A stretch of 64,000 nucleotides of DNA, from contig OZ024755.1 in the NCBI GenBank assembly GCA_964016885.1, forward strand, positions 21,080,001 to 21,144,000. The letters run 5' to 3'. The notes under the pieces are model-generated. The model did not search any database. It saw nothing but the letters and a program-made list of their open reading frames with translations, and was not told the origin of the DNA. The position numbers and the translations under genes were made by a program. Below are positions 13,096 to 27,270 of this stretch, in pieces (position 1 is the stretch's first letter; each line of letters begins with the position of its first letter). This DNA comes from Eledone cirrhosa (Eukaryota).

Positions 13096-14864
13096 AAACT
13101 ATTGTCAGATGCACTTAGCTCCCACACCAGTGATCAAACTGTTGTTAGATGTACTTAGCTCCCACACCAGTGGTCAAACTATTGTCAGATGCACTTAGCT
13201 CCCACACCAGTGATCAAACTGTTGTTAGATGTACTTAGCTCCCACACCAGTGGTCAAACTGTTGTTAGATGTACCTAGCTCACACCAGTGGTCAAACTGT
13301 TGTTAGATGTACCTAGCTCACACCAGTGGTCAAACTGTTGTTAGATGTACTTAGCTCTCACACCAGTGGTCAAACTGTTGTTAGATGTACCTAGCTCACA
13401 CCAGTGGTCAAACTGTGGTTAGATGTACCTAGCTCACACCAGTGGTCAAACTGGTTAGATGTACCTAGCTCACACCAGTGGTCAAACTGTTGTTAGATGT
13501 ACCTAGCTCCCACACCAGTGGTCAAACTGTTGTTAGATGTACCTAGCTCCCACACCAGTGGTCAAACTGTTGTTAGATGTACCTAGCTCCCACACCAGTG
13601 GTCAAACTGTGGTTAGATGTACTTAGCTCTCACACCAGTGGTCAAACTGTTGTTAGATGTACTTAGCTCTCACACCAGTGGTCAAACTGTTGTTAGATGT
13701 ATCTAGCTCTTACACCAGTGGTCAAACTGTTGTTAGATGTATCTAGCTCTTACACCAGTGGTCAAACTGTTGTTAGATGTACCTAGCTCCCACACCAGTG
13801 GTCAAACTGTGGTTAGATGTACCTAGCTCACACCAGTGGTCAAACTGTGGTTAGATGTATCTAGCTCTTACACCAGTGGTCAAACTGTTAGATGTATCTA
13901 GCTCTTACACCAGTGGTCAAACTGTTGTTAGATGTATCTAGCTCTTACACCAGTGGTCAAACTGTGGTTAGATGTACCTAGCTCACACCAGTGGTCAAAC
14001 TGTGGTTAGATGTACCTAGCTCACACCAGTGGTCAAACTGTGGTTACATGTACCTAGTTCTTACACCAGCGGTCAAACTGTGGTTAGATGTACCTAGCTC
14101 CCACACCAGTGGTCAAACTGTGGTTAGATGTACCTAGCTCACACACCAGTGGTCAAACTGTGGTTAGATGTATCTAGCTCTTACACCAGTGGTCAAACTG
14201 TTGTTAGATGTACCTAGCTCTTACACCAGTGGTCAAACTGTTGTTAGATGTATCTAGCTCTTACACCAGTGGTCAAACTGTGGTTAGATGTACCTAGCTC
14301 ACACCAGTGGTCAAACTGTGGTTACATGTACCTAGTTCTTACACCAGTGGTCAAACTGTTGTTAGATGTACCTAGCTCTTACACCAGCGGTCAAACTGTT
14401 GTTAGATGTATCTAGCTCTTACACCAGCGGTCAAACTGGTTAGATGTACCTAGCTCACACACCAGTGGTCAAACTGGTTAGATGTACCTAGCTCACACCA
14501 GTGGTCAAACTGGTTAGATGTACCTAGCTCACACCAGGGGTCAAACTGTGGTTACATGTACCTAGTTCTTACACCAGTGGTCAAACTGTTGTTAGATGTA
14601 CCTAGCTCCCACCAGTGGTCAAACTGTTGTTAGATGTACCTAGCTCCCACACCAGTGGTCAAACTGTGGTTAGATGTACCTAGCTCCCACACCAGTGGTC
14701 AAACTGTGGTTAGATGTACCTAGCTCCCACACCAGCGGTCAAACTGTGGTTAGATGTACCTAGCTCTTACACCAGCGGTCAAACTGTGGTTAGATGTATC
14801 TAGCTCTTACACCAGTGGTCAAACTGTGGTTAGAAGTACCTAGCTCTCACACCACTGATCAAAC
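13096..14864. repeat. 38-40-bp minisatellite, ~45 units
   Basis: Unit caaactgttgttagatgtacctagctc(cc)acaccagtggt. Confidence 0.97.
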
Positions 14865-15224
14865 CACTTGGCTAATATATTAAAGTTCCATTTTCACTCT
14901 CCTCTTCATCTCTCCACATTCCTCTCTCATCCCCTCCCCCTGCTCTCCCTACCCTCGCCCACTCTGTCCATTCTCCCCCCCCCCCATCCTCACCTTCTTC
15001 ATCTCCCCATTCTAATAATTGATTTGGTTCTTTATTGTAACCATTAAATGTACAAAGGAAAGTTGTGTGTGGTAGGAAGAAGAGGAGAAAAAGTAACACA
15101 ACCAAACAATGGCAAGATATATCAGGGAAAGAGGTAACACACACATACACACACACATAGACACACACATAGACACACACATACACACACACATAGACAC
15201 ACACATACACACACGCACATAGAT

Positions 15225-18075
15225 ACACCACCACCTCCATCTCCACTATGTCACTATTACCACTGCCACCACCACCACCACCACCACCACAAACACCTTT
15301 TGTTTTACACCTTATAACTTTGTTGATTATACTGACTGCCACCATCATCACCACTACTACCATCATCACCACCACCATCACCACCATCATCACCACCACC
15401 ATCATCACCACTAACACCATCACCACCACTAACACCATTACCACCACCACCACCACCATCATCACTACCACCACCACCACCATCACCACTACTACCATCA
15501 CCACTACTACCATCATCATCATCACCATCATCATCACCACTTCTACCATCATCACCACCACCATCATCACCACCACCATCACCACTACTACCACCATCAC
15601 CACTACTACCATCATCACCACCATCATCATCACCACCACCATCACCACCACTACCATCATCACCACCATCATCACCACTACTACCATCACCATCATCACC
15701 ATCACCACCATTATCACTACTACCACCATCACTACCATCACCATCATCATCACCGTCATCACCACTACCACCACCACCACCAACAACACATTCTACAGTT
15801 AACACCATGATTCTCTTTATATTCTTCCTTCTTTTCCTCATCACAACCACTCCCCAACCACCACCCCAGCCATGACTACTGCCACCACCATCACCATCAC
15901 CACCACCACTTCCACCACTGCTTTCCCAACCACCACCACCACCTTCCCAACCACCACCACCACCACCACCACCTTCCCAACCACCACCACCACCACCTTC
16001 CCAACCACCACCACCACCACCACCTTTTTAACACCTCATAATTATTTTGAAGCTGACAATAATGACCCCCACCACCACCCCACCCCCAACCCCTAATCAA
16101 TACCACCATTACACCTCTCATACTTTTGTAGATCACATCGACTACCACAGCTACCACCACCACCACCACCACTAACACCACTACCACCATCACCACCACC
16201 ACCACCACCACTAACACCACTACCACCATCACCACCACCACCACCACCACCACCACTAACACCACTACCACCATCACCACCACCACCACCACCACCACCA
16301 CTAACACCACTACCACCATCACCACCACCACCACCACCACCACTAACACCACTACCACCATCACCACCACCACCACCACCACTAACACCACTACCACCAT
16401 CACCACCACCACCACTAACACCACTACCACCATCACCACCACTAACACCACTACCACCATCACCACCACCACCACTAACACCACTACCACCATCACCACC
16501 ACCACCACCACCACTAACACCACTACCACCATCACCACCACCACCACTAACACCACTACCACCATCACCACCACCACCACTAACACCACTACCACCATCA
16601 CCACCACCACCACTAACACCACTACCACCATCACCACCACCACCACCAACACCACTACCACCACCACCACCACCACCACCACTAACACCACTACCACCAT
16701 CACCACCACTATGACTACCAGCCCGACCAGTACCATCATTACCATACGACTACTACAGCCACCACCACCACTAACACCATCACCACCATCACCACCACCA
16801 CCATTACCACCACTATCACTACCATACGACCACTACAGCCACCACCACTAACACCATCACCACCACCACCACCATGACAGCTACTACCACCACCACCACT
16901 ATGACTACCAACTGCACCACTACCATCACCACCACCACAGCCACCACCACCACCACCATCATACGACCACTACAGCTACCACCACCACCACTAACAACAT
17001 TACCACCACAGGCACAACTACCACCACTAACACAACTACCACCACAGCTACTACCACCACCACTATGACTACTAACCGCACCACTGATGTCACCACCATA
17101 CAACCACTACAGCCACCACCTCTATGACTACCAACCCGACCACTACCACTACCACTACCACCACCACCATCACCATCACCGCCTTCCTTAACCGCAACCC
17201 GTACCACCATGACACTTCTCATAATTTTGTAGATCACACTGACCACCACCACCACCATGGTACCTCCACCATGACTACTACCACCACCACCACCACCACC
17301 ACCATGACTACTACCACCACCACCACTATGACCACCACCACCACCACCATGACTACCTCCACCATGACTACTACCACCACCACCACCACTATGACTACCT
17401 CCACCATGACTACTACCACCACCACCACCACCACTATGACTACCACCACCACCATGACTACTACCACCACCACCACTATGACCTCCACCACCACCACCAT
17501 GACTACCTCCACCATGACTACTACCACCACCACCACCACTATGACTACCTCCACCATGACTACTACCACCACCACCACCACCACCACCACTATGACCACC
17601 ACCACCACCACCACCATGACTACTTCCACCATGACTACCACCACCACCACCACCATGACTACCTCCACCATGACTACTACCACCACCACCACCACCACCA
17701 CTATGACTACCACCACCACCACCACCATGACTACTACCATCACCACCATGACTACTACCATCACCACCACTATGACCACCACCACCACCATGACTACCTC
17801 CACCATGGCTACCACCACCACCACCACTATGACTACCACCACCACCACCACTATGACTACCACCACCACCACCATGACTACCACCACCACCTCCACCATG
17901 GCTACCTCCACCATGGCTACCACCACCACCACCACCACCACTATGACCACCACCACCACCATGACTACTACCACCACCACTACTATGACTACTACCACCA
18001 CCACCACCACCACCACCTCCACCATGGCTAAGCACCACCTCCACTACCACCACCTCCATCACCACCATTACCAAA
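15225..18075. repeat. (ACC)n/(ATC)n low-complexity block with local higher-order units
   Basis: Seen directly. Gives poly-T/V/G ORFs. Confidence 0.95.
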
Positions 18076-18334
18076 ACCTCTCCTTATGATGATGATGATG
18101 ATAGTGTAAGAGTGCCTGTAAAAAAAACAAAACTGTCCAGCTGCATTAGTGAAGACAAGCTGGTAACTCTGGACAGCGCCCAACTGATAGATGATGCTTC
18201 ACTTGTCTTACTTCATATACTTGGCACCATTCCCTAAATAGCAGAACTCATGATTTTGGCCTTGTTCAAAAATGCATAGTATATACATTATATACACATA
18301 AATACCGACTCTGATCTAGTGTGTATATACAACC

Positions 18335-18352
18335 TGTGTGTGTGTGTATATA

Positions 18353-18395
<43 letters not shown>

Positions 18396-18544
18396 GTGTA
18401 TATATATATATATATATAAATAGATGCATATATATATATGTATATATATATGTATATATATATATATATAAATAGATGCATATATATATATGTATATATA
18501 TATGTATATATATATATATATATAAATAGATGCATATATATATG

Positions 18545-18576
<32 letters not shown>

Positions 18577-18597
18577 TATAGATGCATATATATATAC

Positions 18598-18628
<31 letters not shown>

Positions 18629-18651
18629 AATAGATGTATATATATATATAC

Positions 18652-18682
<31 letters not shown>

Positions 18683-18753
18683 AATAGATGTATATATATA
18701 TATGTATATATATATATGTATATATATATATAAATAGATGCATATATATATAC

Positions 18754-18799
<46 letters not shown>

Positions 18800-18813
18800 G
18801 CATATATATATAC

Positions 18814-18844
<31 letters not shown>

Positions 18845-18867
18845 AATAGATGTATATATATATATAC

Positions 18868-18898
<31 letters not shown>

Positions 18899-18923
18899 TA
18901 AATAGATGTATATATATATATAC

Positions 18924-18954
<31 letters not shown>

Positions 18955-19013
18955 AATAGATGCATATATATATACATATATATATATGTATATATATATA
19001 TATAAATAGATGC

Positions 19014-19048
<35 letters not shown>

Positions 19049-19445
19049 AATAGATGTATATATATATATGTATATATATATATGTATATATATATGTATA
19101 TATATATATATATATGTAAATATGATAATAATGGAGCTGCGGCGCTGCAAATGGGTTACATATGAAAAAGTTTGCCCTCATCAGTGGCCTTCCAACCGTC
19201 GTAGGCATTTCGTGCCTACGACGGTTGGAAGGCCACTGATGAGGGCAAACTTTTTCATATATATATATATATGTGTATATATATATATGTGTATGTATAT
19301 ATATGTGTATGTATATATATATGTGTGTATGTATATATATATATGTGTGTATATATATATATATGTGTATGTATGTATATATATATATGTGTATGTCTAT
19401 ATATATATGTGTGTATATATATATATGTGTGTATATATATATGTG
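18335..19445. repeat. (TA)n compound microsatellite (aaatagatg periodic) containing a fold-back insert at 19118-19260
   Basis: Seen directly. Confidence 0.95.
19160..19260. repeat. Perfect 48-bp inverted repeat with 5-nt loop
   Basis: 19160-19207 is the exact reverse complement of 19213-19260. The arm contains CTGATGAGGG. Confidence 0.95.
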
Positions 19446-19446
19446 T

Positions 19447-19784
19447 CATCATTCATCATTTCATTTTATGTCCAGTTTTCCCTGCTTGCAAGGGTGGGAC
19501 GGGAACTGATTCTGGCTTGATTTCTACAGCTGGATGCCCTTCCTAACACCAACCTCATTTACAGTGAGTGCTGGGTGCTTTTTTACCGTGGCACCTCCAC
19601 GACCACTTTGCAGTGGAATGATAGGGACCCCAGTCCCTATCATCTCATTTCTACAGCTGAGTAAACTGGAGCAATGTGAAATAAAGTGTCTTGCTCAAGG
19701 ACACAACACATCACCCGGTCTGAGAATTGAACTCACAACCTTTCGATTGCAAGGCCAATGCTCTAACCACTAAGCCATGTGCCT
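19447..19784 (-). mobile_element. SINE family B, full length (~340 bp)
   Basis: Minus strand: tggcttagtggttagagc A box, gagttcaattc B box, tgtgtccttgagcaagacact CORE-like centre, (ATG)n tail. Near-identical to 53460-53793. Confidence 0.92.
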
Positions 19785-19859
19785 TTGTGTGTATATATAT
19801 ATATTGTCAAGGCAGAATTCTAGGAGAAGGAAAACTCTGATATAACACCTGCAACCCTG

Positions 19860-20190
19860 ATGGTATCCAATGATGTTGACTTGTTCTTCTTTTTGGTAAA
19901 TATCATCTTGGTTAAGAGAGTGGAACTGGCTTTGTGCAGTGCCTTTGCTCACTATAAAAGCTTCACGGCACAGGCATTGCTTTATATCTGGAGATCTCTC
20001 TGCACTTGTCATCACATGGTACCATGGGCCCAGCACTATGTGTCAATAATTGTCACAAGTGTAGTGTTTGTTCCAGAGTTTTCAAGTCGCTGGCTGGACT
20101 AAAAAGTCATACTTGTTCAGCGCATCGGTAGGGGTTCTCCTACATGGATATAAAGTAGTGGCCGTACTCGAAAACGAGTTGGCAGCCACC

Positions 20191-20200
<10 letters not shown>
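19860..20200 (+). pseudogene. RTE-clade LINE 3' end with C-terminal zinc-finger
   Basis: Frame ending at 20131 reads [25 protein letters not shown], matching the CxxCxRxFxSxxGLxSH motif at RTE ORF ends. Short 3' UTR with hairpin ctcgaaaacgag runs into an (ATGT)/(AT) tail. Confidence 0.7.
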
Positions 20201-20760
<560 letters not shown>

Positions 20761-20934
20761 AGTGTAACTAACTTAAAATACTAAAAACAGTCAGAAAGAT
20801 ACAAATGTGTTGTTTTTTTTATATAAAAATCAATAAATACCAATGGCTTAGTTTGTATGGCTGGTTGGTTATTTACTGTTTGTTTAGTTGGTCTTGTCGT
20901 TGTTCTTGTTGTTAGTAGTATTAGTAGTATTTGG

Positions 20935-21810
20935 TTAGCATCAACAGCATCATCATCATTACTACCGTCACCACCACCATCTTCATACCATCTTCATACC
21001 ATCACCAACACCACAGACTCCACCTCCACCATTACCAGCACCACCACAATAGTCATCATCATCATCATCATCATAGCCACCCACTAACACCACCTCCACC
21101 ACTAACTCCAGCACCAGCACTACCAACATCACCACCACCTGCTCCGCCATTAACACTAACACCCCCCAAATTCATTATAGCCACCTCCATCACCACCTCC
21201 ACCACTGACACTAACATCCCCATATTCACTACAACTACCGCCACCACCACTAATACCACCACCATCACCACCTCCATCACTAAAACCACCAACATCACCA
21301 CCACCACTAACACCACCAACATCACTACCACCACCACCACCACCAACATCACCACCTCCACCACAAACACCATCACCACCTCCACCACTAACACCACCAC
21401 CACCATCAACATCACCACCTCCACCACTAACACCATCACCACCTCCACCACTAACACCACCACAAACACCACAAACACCATCACCACCTCCACCACTAAC
21501 ACCACCACCACCAACATCACCACCTCCACCAACATCACCACCTCCACCACTATCACCACCACCACCACCATCATCACCACATCCACCACACCACCACCTC
21601 CACCTCTAACACCTCCACCACCACCATCACCACCACCATCACCTCCACCAACATCATCATCTCCACCACTATCACCACCACCATCATCACCACATCCACC
21701 ACACCTCCACCACTAACACCACCACCACCATCATCACCACATCCACCACACCACCACATCCACCTCTAACACCTCCACCACCAACACCACCACCACCATC
21801 ACCACCACCA
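20935..21810. repeat. (ACC)n low-complexity block
   Basis: Seen directly. Confidence 0.95.
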
Positions 21811-22050
21811 CGTACAATGACAGAAGTGATACACATTCATGTTTGTGTTTACACTCAGTATCAACATTCTAAATCCTGTCTTTAGTTTTCAGCTCAGTTC
21901 CCAGTTCTTAGATGGAGCCTCTACTTCTGTACAAATACAAAGATTTTACTGTCCAAATACTTTAGAAATGGTGAATTATTCACTTCATATCTTTTGATTC
22001 TATCAAGAAGGGTTAGTGCTCTCGATGTTGTTGATGTTGTTGTTGTTATT

Positions 22051-22274
22051 AAGGGCAGTGGTTGGCAGTATCAGTAGAGGATCGGAGGCCATGCTTCGAG
22101 GCAGAGAGTTACGGCCCTTTACCTTCTGAGTTCAAATCCTGCCAAAGTTACCGTTGCTTTTCATCCTTACAGGGTCGATAAAATAAAGTACCAGTCATGC
22201 ATTGCGGTCGATTTAATCGACGTCCCCTACCCCAAAATTGCTGGCCTTGTGCCTATATAAGAAACCATTATTAT
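22051..22274 (+). mobile_element. SINE family A, longer variant
   Basis: Family A head and centre, plus an extra gtcgatttaatcgac hairpin segment before the tail. Confidence 0.85.
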
Positions 22275-22365
22275 CACCACCACAACTACCAGGACTCACT
22301 GGAAGGAGTGTTTGAGGACTCTGCCCCCATGACCCTCTCAGAAATAAGTGGGCAAAGAAGAAGAG

Positions 22366-24104
22366 GAAAGGGTTAATGACATAGGTAATGTCTTTCATTA
22401 GAAATATGTTAATGAAAGGGTTAATGACATAGGTAGTGTCTTTTATTAGAAATATGGTAATGAAAGGGTTAATGACATAGGTAATGTCTTTTATTAGAAA
22501 TATGGTAATGAAAGGGTTAATGACATAGGTAGTGTCTTTTATTAGAAATATGGTAATGAAAGGGTTAATGACATAGACAGTGTCTTTCATTAGAAATATG
22601 GTCATGAAAGGGTTAATGTCATAGGTAATGTCTTTCATTAGAAATATGTTAATGAAAGGGTTAATGACATAGGTAATGTCTTTTATTAGAAATAGGGTAA
22701 AAAAAGGGTTAATGACATAGGTAATGTCTTTCATTAGAAGTATGGTAATGAAAGGGTTAATGACATAGGTAGTGTCTTTTATTAGAAATAGGGTAAAAAA
22801 AGAGTTAATGACATTAGAAATATGGTAAAAAAAGGGTTAATTACATAGGTAATGTCTTTCATAAGAAATATGGTAATGAAAGGGTTAATGACATAGGTAA
22901 TGTCTTTCACTAGAAATATGGTAATGAAAGGGTTAATGACATAGGTAATGTCTTTTATTAGAAATATGGTCATGAAAGGGTTAATGACATAGGTAATGTC
23001 TTTCATTAGAAATATGGTCATGAAAGGGTTAATGACATAGGTAATGTCTTTTATTAGAAATATGGTCATGAAAGGGTTAATGACATAGGTAATGTCTTTC
23101 ATTAGAAATATGGTCATGAAAGGGTTAATGACATAGGTAGTGTCTTTTGTTAGAAATAGGGTAAAAAAAGGGTTAATGACATTAGAAATATGGTAAAAAA
23201 AGGGTTAATTACATAGGTAATGTCTTTCATAAGAAATATGGTAATGAAAGGGTTAATGACATAGGTAATGTCTTTCATAAGAAATATGGTAATGAAAGGG
23301 TTAATGACATAGGTAATGTCTTTCATAAGAAATATGTTAATGAAAGGGTTAATGACATAGGTAATGTCTTTTATTAGAAATATGTTAATGAAAGGGTTAA
23401 TGACATAGGTAATGTCTTTCATAAGAAATATGTTAATGAAAAGGTTAATGACATAGGTAATGTCTTTTATTAGAAATATGTTAATGAAAGGGTTAATGAC
23501 ATAGGTAATGTCTTTCATAAGAAATATGTTAATGAAAGGGTTAATGACATAGGTAATGTCTTTCATAAGAAATATGGTAATGAAAGGATTAATGACATAG
23601 GTAATGTCTTTTATTAGAAATATGTTAATGAAAGGGTTAATGACATAGGTAATGTCTTTTATTAGAAATATGGTCATGAAAGGGTTAATGACATAGGTAA
23701 TGTCTTTCATAAGAAATATGGTAATGAAAGGGTTAATGACATAGGTAATGTCTTTCATAAGAAATATGTTAATGAAAGGGTTAATGACATAGGTAATGTC
23801 TTTCATAAGAAATATGGTAATGAAAGGGTTAATGACATAGGTAATGTCTTTTATTAGAAATATGTTAATGAAAGGGTTAATTACATAGGTAATGTCTTTC
23901 ATAAGAAATATGTTAATGAAAGGGTTAATGACATAGGTAATGTCTTTCATAAGAAATATGTTAATGAAAGGGTTAATGACATAGGTAATGTCTTTCATAA
24001 GAAATATGGTAATGAAAGGATTAATGACATAGGTAATGTCTTTTATTAGAAATATGTTAATGAAAGGGTTAATGACATACGCAGTGTCTTTCATTAGAAA
24101 TATG
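22366..24104. repeat. 48-bp minisatellite, ~36 units
   Basis: Unit attagaaatatggtaatgaaagggttaatgacataggtaatgtctttc. Confidence 0.97.
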
Positions 24105-24109
24105 ATATT

Positions 24110-25060
24110 CACTGATGATGACATCATCACTGCCAATGGCGATGATGTAAATATGACATTATTGGTAACATCACCACCACTGATGAGGATGTATATATGA
24201 TGATGATGATGATATCATTACTACTGCTGTTGCTGATGATGATGATAACATCACCATCACCACCACCACCACTACAACCTCCACTACTGCTGGTGATGAT
24301 GGTGACAATGATAACATCTTCAGCACTGATGATGGTGATATGTTGATAACATTGCCACTGATGATAATGATAATGATGATGATGATGATGATGATTATAA
24401 CATCACAATCACTGATGATGACAATGATGATGATGATGATGATGATAATAACATCACCACCACCACCACCACCACCACCACCATCACTGATGACAATGAT
24501 GATGATGATGACATCATCACCATCACCACCACCACCACCACCATCACCACCACCACCACCATCACTGATGATGATGATGATGATGTCAATATGACAATAC
24601 TGATAACATCTCCACCACCACTGATGACAATGATGATGATGATGATGACATCATCACCATCACCACCACCACCACCACCACCACCACCACCACCACCACC
24701 ATCACTGATGATGATGATGATGATGATGTCAATATGACAATACTGATAACATCTCCACCACCACTGATGACAATGATGATGATGATGACATCACCACCAC
24801 CACCACCACCACCACCACCATCACTGATGATGATGATGATGATGATGATGCTGTCAATATGACAATACTGATAACATCTCCACCACTACTGATGACAATG
24901 ATGATGATGATGACATCACCACCACCACCACCACCACCACCACCACCACCATCACTGATGATGACAATGATGATGATGATGTTACAATGCTGGTAACATC
25001 TTCACCAGCATTGATGAAGACGATCATATCACCATCATCAGCGCCACCTGCTGATAATGT
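24110..25060. repeat. (GAT)n/(ACC)n compound repeat with ~130-145-bp higher-order unit
   Basis: tgtcaatatgacaatactgataacatctccacc recurs 3 times. Confidence 0.9.
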
Positions 25061-25080
25061 TGTAAACGATGGTAATATAA

Positions 25081-25275
25081 CTGTTTCAACTTTTTTGGCA
25101 CAAGGCCAGCAATTACCCCAGTACATTACTGGTACTTTACTTTATCGGCCCCCGTAAGGATGAAAGGCAAAGTTGACCTCGGCGGGATTTGAACTCAGAA
25201 TGGAAAGGGCCGTAACTCTATGCGTCAAAGCATGACGTCCGACCCTCCACTGATACTGCTAATCCACCGCCCTCA
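25081..25275 (-). mobile_element. SINE family A, full length
   Basis: Complete head, centre and tail. Imperfect 17-bp TSD at 25064-25080 / 26128-26144 brackets the SINE plus the array. Confidence 0.92.
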
Positions 25276-26128
25276 AATGGAAAGGGCCGAAACTCTATGC
25301 GTCTTAGCATGACGTCCGACCCTCCACTGATACTGCCAATCCACCGCCCTTAAATGGAAAGGGCCGTAACTCTATGCGTCAAAGCATGACGTCCGACCCT
25401 CCACCGATACTGCCAATCCACCGCCCTCAAATGGAAAGGGCCGTAACTCTATGCGTCAAAGCATGACGTCCGACCCTCCACTGATACTCTGCTAATCCAC
25501 CGCCCTCAAATGGAAAGGGCCGTAACTCTATGCGTCAAAGCATGACGTCCGACCCTCCACCGATACTGCTAATCCACCGCCCTCAAATGGAAAGGGCCGT
25601 AACTCTATGCGTCAAAGCATGACGTCCGACCCTCCACTGATACTGCCAATCCACCGCCCTCAAATGGAAAGGGCCGTAACTCTATGCGTCAAAGCATGAC
25701 GTCCGACCCTCCACCGATACTGCCAATCCACCGCCCTCAAATGGAAAGGGCCGTAACTCTATGCGTCAAAGCATGACGTCCGACCCTCCACTGATACTGC
25801 CAATCCACCGCCCTCAAATGGAAAGGGTCGTAACTCTATGCGTCAAAGCATGACGTCCGACCCTCCACCGATACTGCTAATCCACCGCCCTCAAATGGAA
25901 AGGGCCGTAACTCTATGCGTCAAAGCATGACGTCCAACCCTCCACTGATACTCTGCTAATCCACCGCCCTCAAATGGAAAGGGCCGTAACTCTATGCGTC
26001 AAAGCATGACGTCCGACCCTCCACCGATACTGCTAATCCACCGCCCTCAAATGGAAAGGGCCGTAACTCTATGCGTCAAAGCATGACGTCCAACCCTCCA
26101 CTGATACTCTGCTAATCCACTGCCCTCA
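25199..26128 (-). repeat. 77-bp tandem array (12 units) of the SINE A 5' head
   Basis: Unit aatggaaagggccgtaactctatgcgtcaaagcatgacgtccgaccctccaccgatactgccaatccaccgccctca is the reverse complement of the SINE head up to just before the B box. Confidence 0.95.
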
Positions 26129-26324
26129 AATGATGGTATTATAATGATGAAGTTTTTCCCCCTTTTTCCTTCTCTCTACCAGAAAGGTAAACAACAAAAT
26201 TTCAAGAAAACAAACAAAAGAAAGACAAACAGATTAAATATTAAATTCTTCAGTTTACATAAATTTTGTAAATTATGTAATTTGGGAAAATGTCAGGTTT
26301 TATTTATAATCATCAACATTCTAA

Positions 26325-26435
26325 CATATATATACATACATGTATATATATATATGATGTCAATATGACTATATATATATATATATATATGTATGTGTAT
26401 GTATGTATATGTATATATATATACATATACATATA

Positions 26436-26469
<34 letters not shown>

Positions 26470-26515
26470 CATATATACATGCACACGTGTATACAAGCAT
26501 ACATGTGTACAAACA

Positions 26516-26575
<60 letters not shown>

Positions 26576-26940
26576 CATGTATGTGTATGTATATATATAT
26601 ACATATATATATATATATACATACATATATATATATACATATATACATGCACACGTGTATACAAGCATACATGTGTACAAACATGCATATATATATATAT
26701 ATACGTACATATATATATATACACACACATACATACATACATACATACATACATACATACATACATGCATATATATATATATATATACATATATACATAT
26801 ATATATATAAATATATATATATACACATACACACATATGTATATACATACATACATATATACATACATATATACATACACACATACATATATGTACATAT
26901 GTACATACACATATATATATATATATACACACATATGTAC

Positions 26941-26971
<31 letters not shown>

Positions 26972-27091
26972 TACATACATTCACTTATATACTCACAAAT
27001 GGGATTAACATAGCTATTGTTAAAGACTTGGTTTCTAGAATATTGGATTCTTGAATTTCATAAGTTAGGGTTATGTGGGGTTAAAAGAATG

Positions 27092-27143
<52 letters not shown>

Positions 27144-27220
27144 TCATCATCAACGTTTAACGTCCGTGTTCCACGCTTGCATGGGTTTGGACGGGGGTAG
27201 TCCCACTTGAGGCAAGAGTG

Positions 27221-27260
<40 letters not shown>
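26325..27260. repeat. (TA)/(CA) microsatellites, with a retroposon 3' tail fragment at 27140-27220 (- strand)
   Basis: Minus strand ccgtccaaacccatgcaagcgtggaacacggacgttaaacgttgatgatg resembles the SINE B tail. Confidence 0.85.
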
Positions 27261-27263
<3 letters not shown>

Positions 27264-27270
27264 CACAAAA

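Noticed and set aside
13096-14864. CRISPR-like appearance of the regular arrays (also 29418, 49354, 51525)
   Set aside because: No unique spacers, no cas genes, eukaryotic context.
14872-18089. Thr-, Val- and Gly/His-rich ORFs resembling mucins or structural proteins (also 20931-21716, 27071-28588)
   Set aside because: (ACC)n-derived and open in overlapping frames. No signal peptide, splice context or third-position degeneracy that would indicate coding.
23150-24136. 328-aa ORF of MKDITYVINPFITIFL repeats
   Set aside because: Consequence of a 48-bp (multiple of 3) unit derived from a MITE end.
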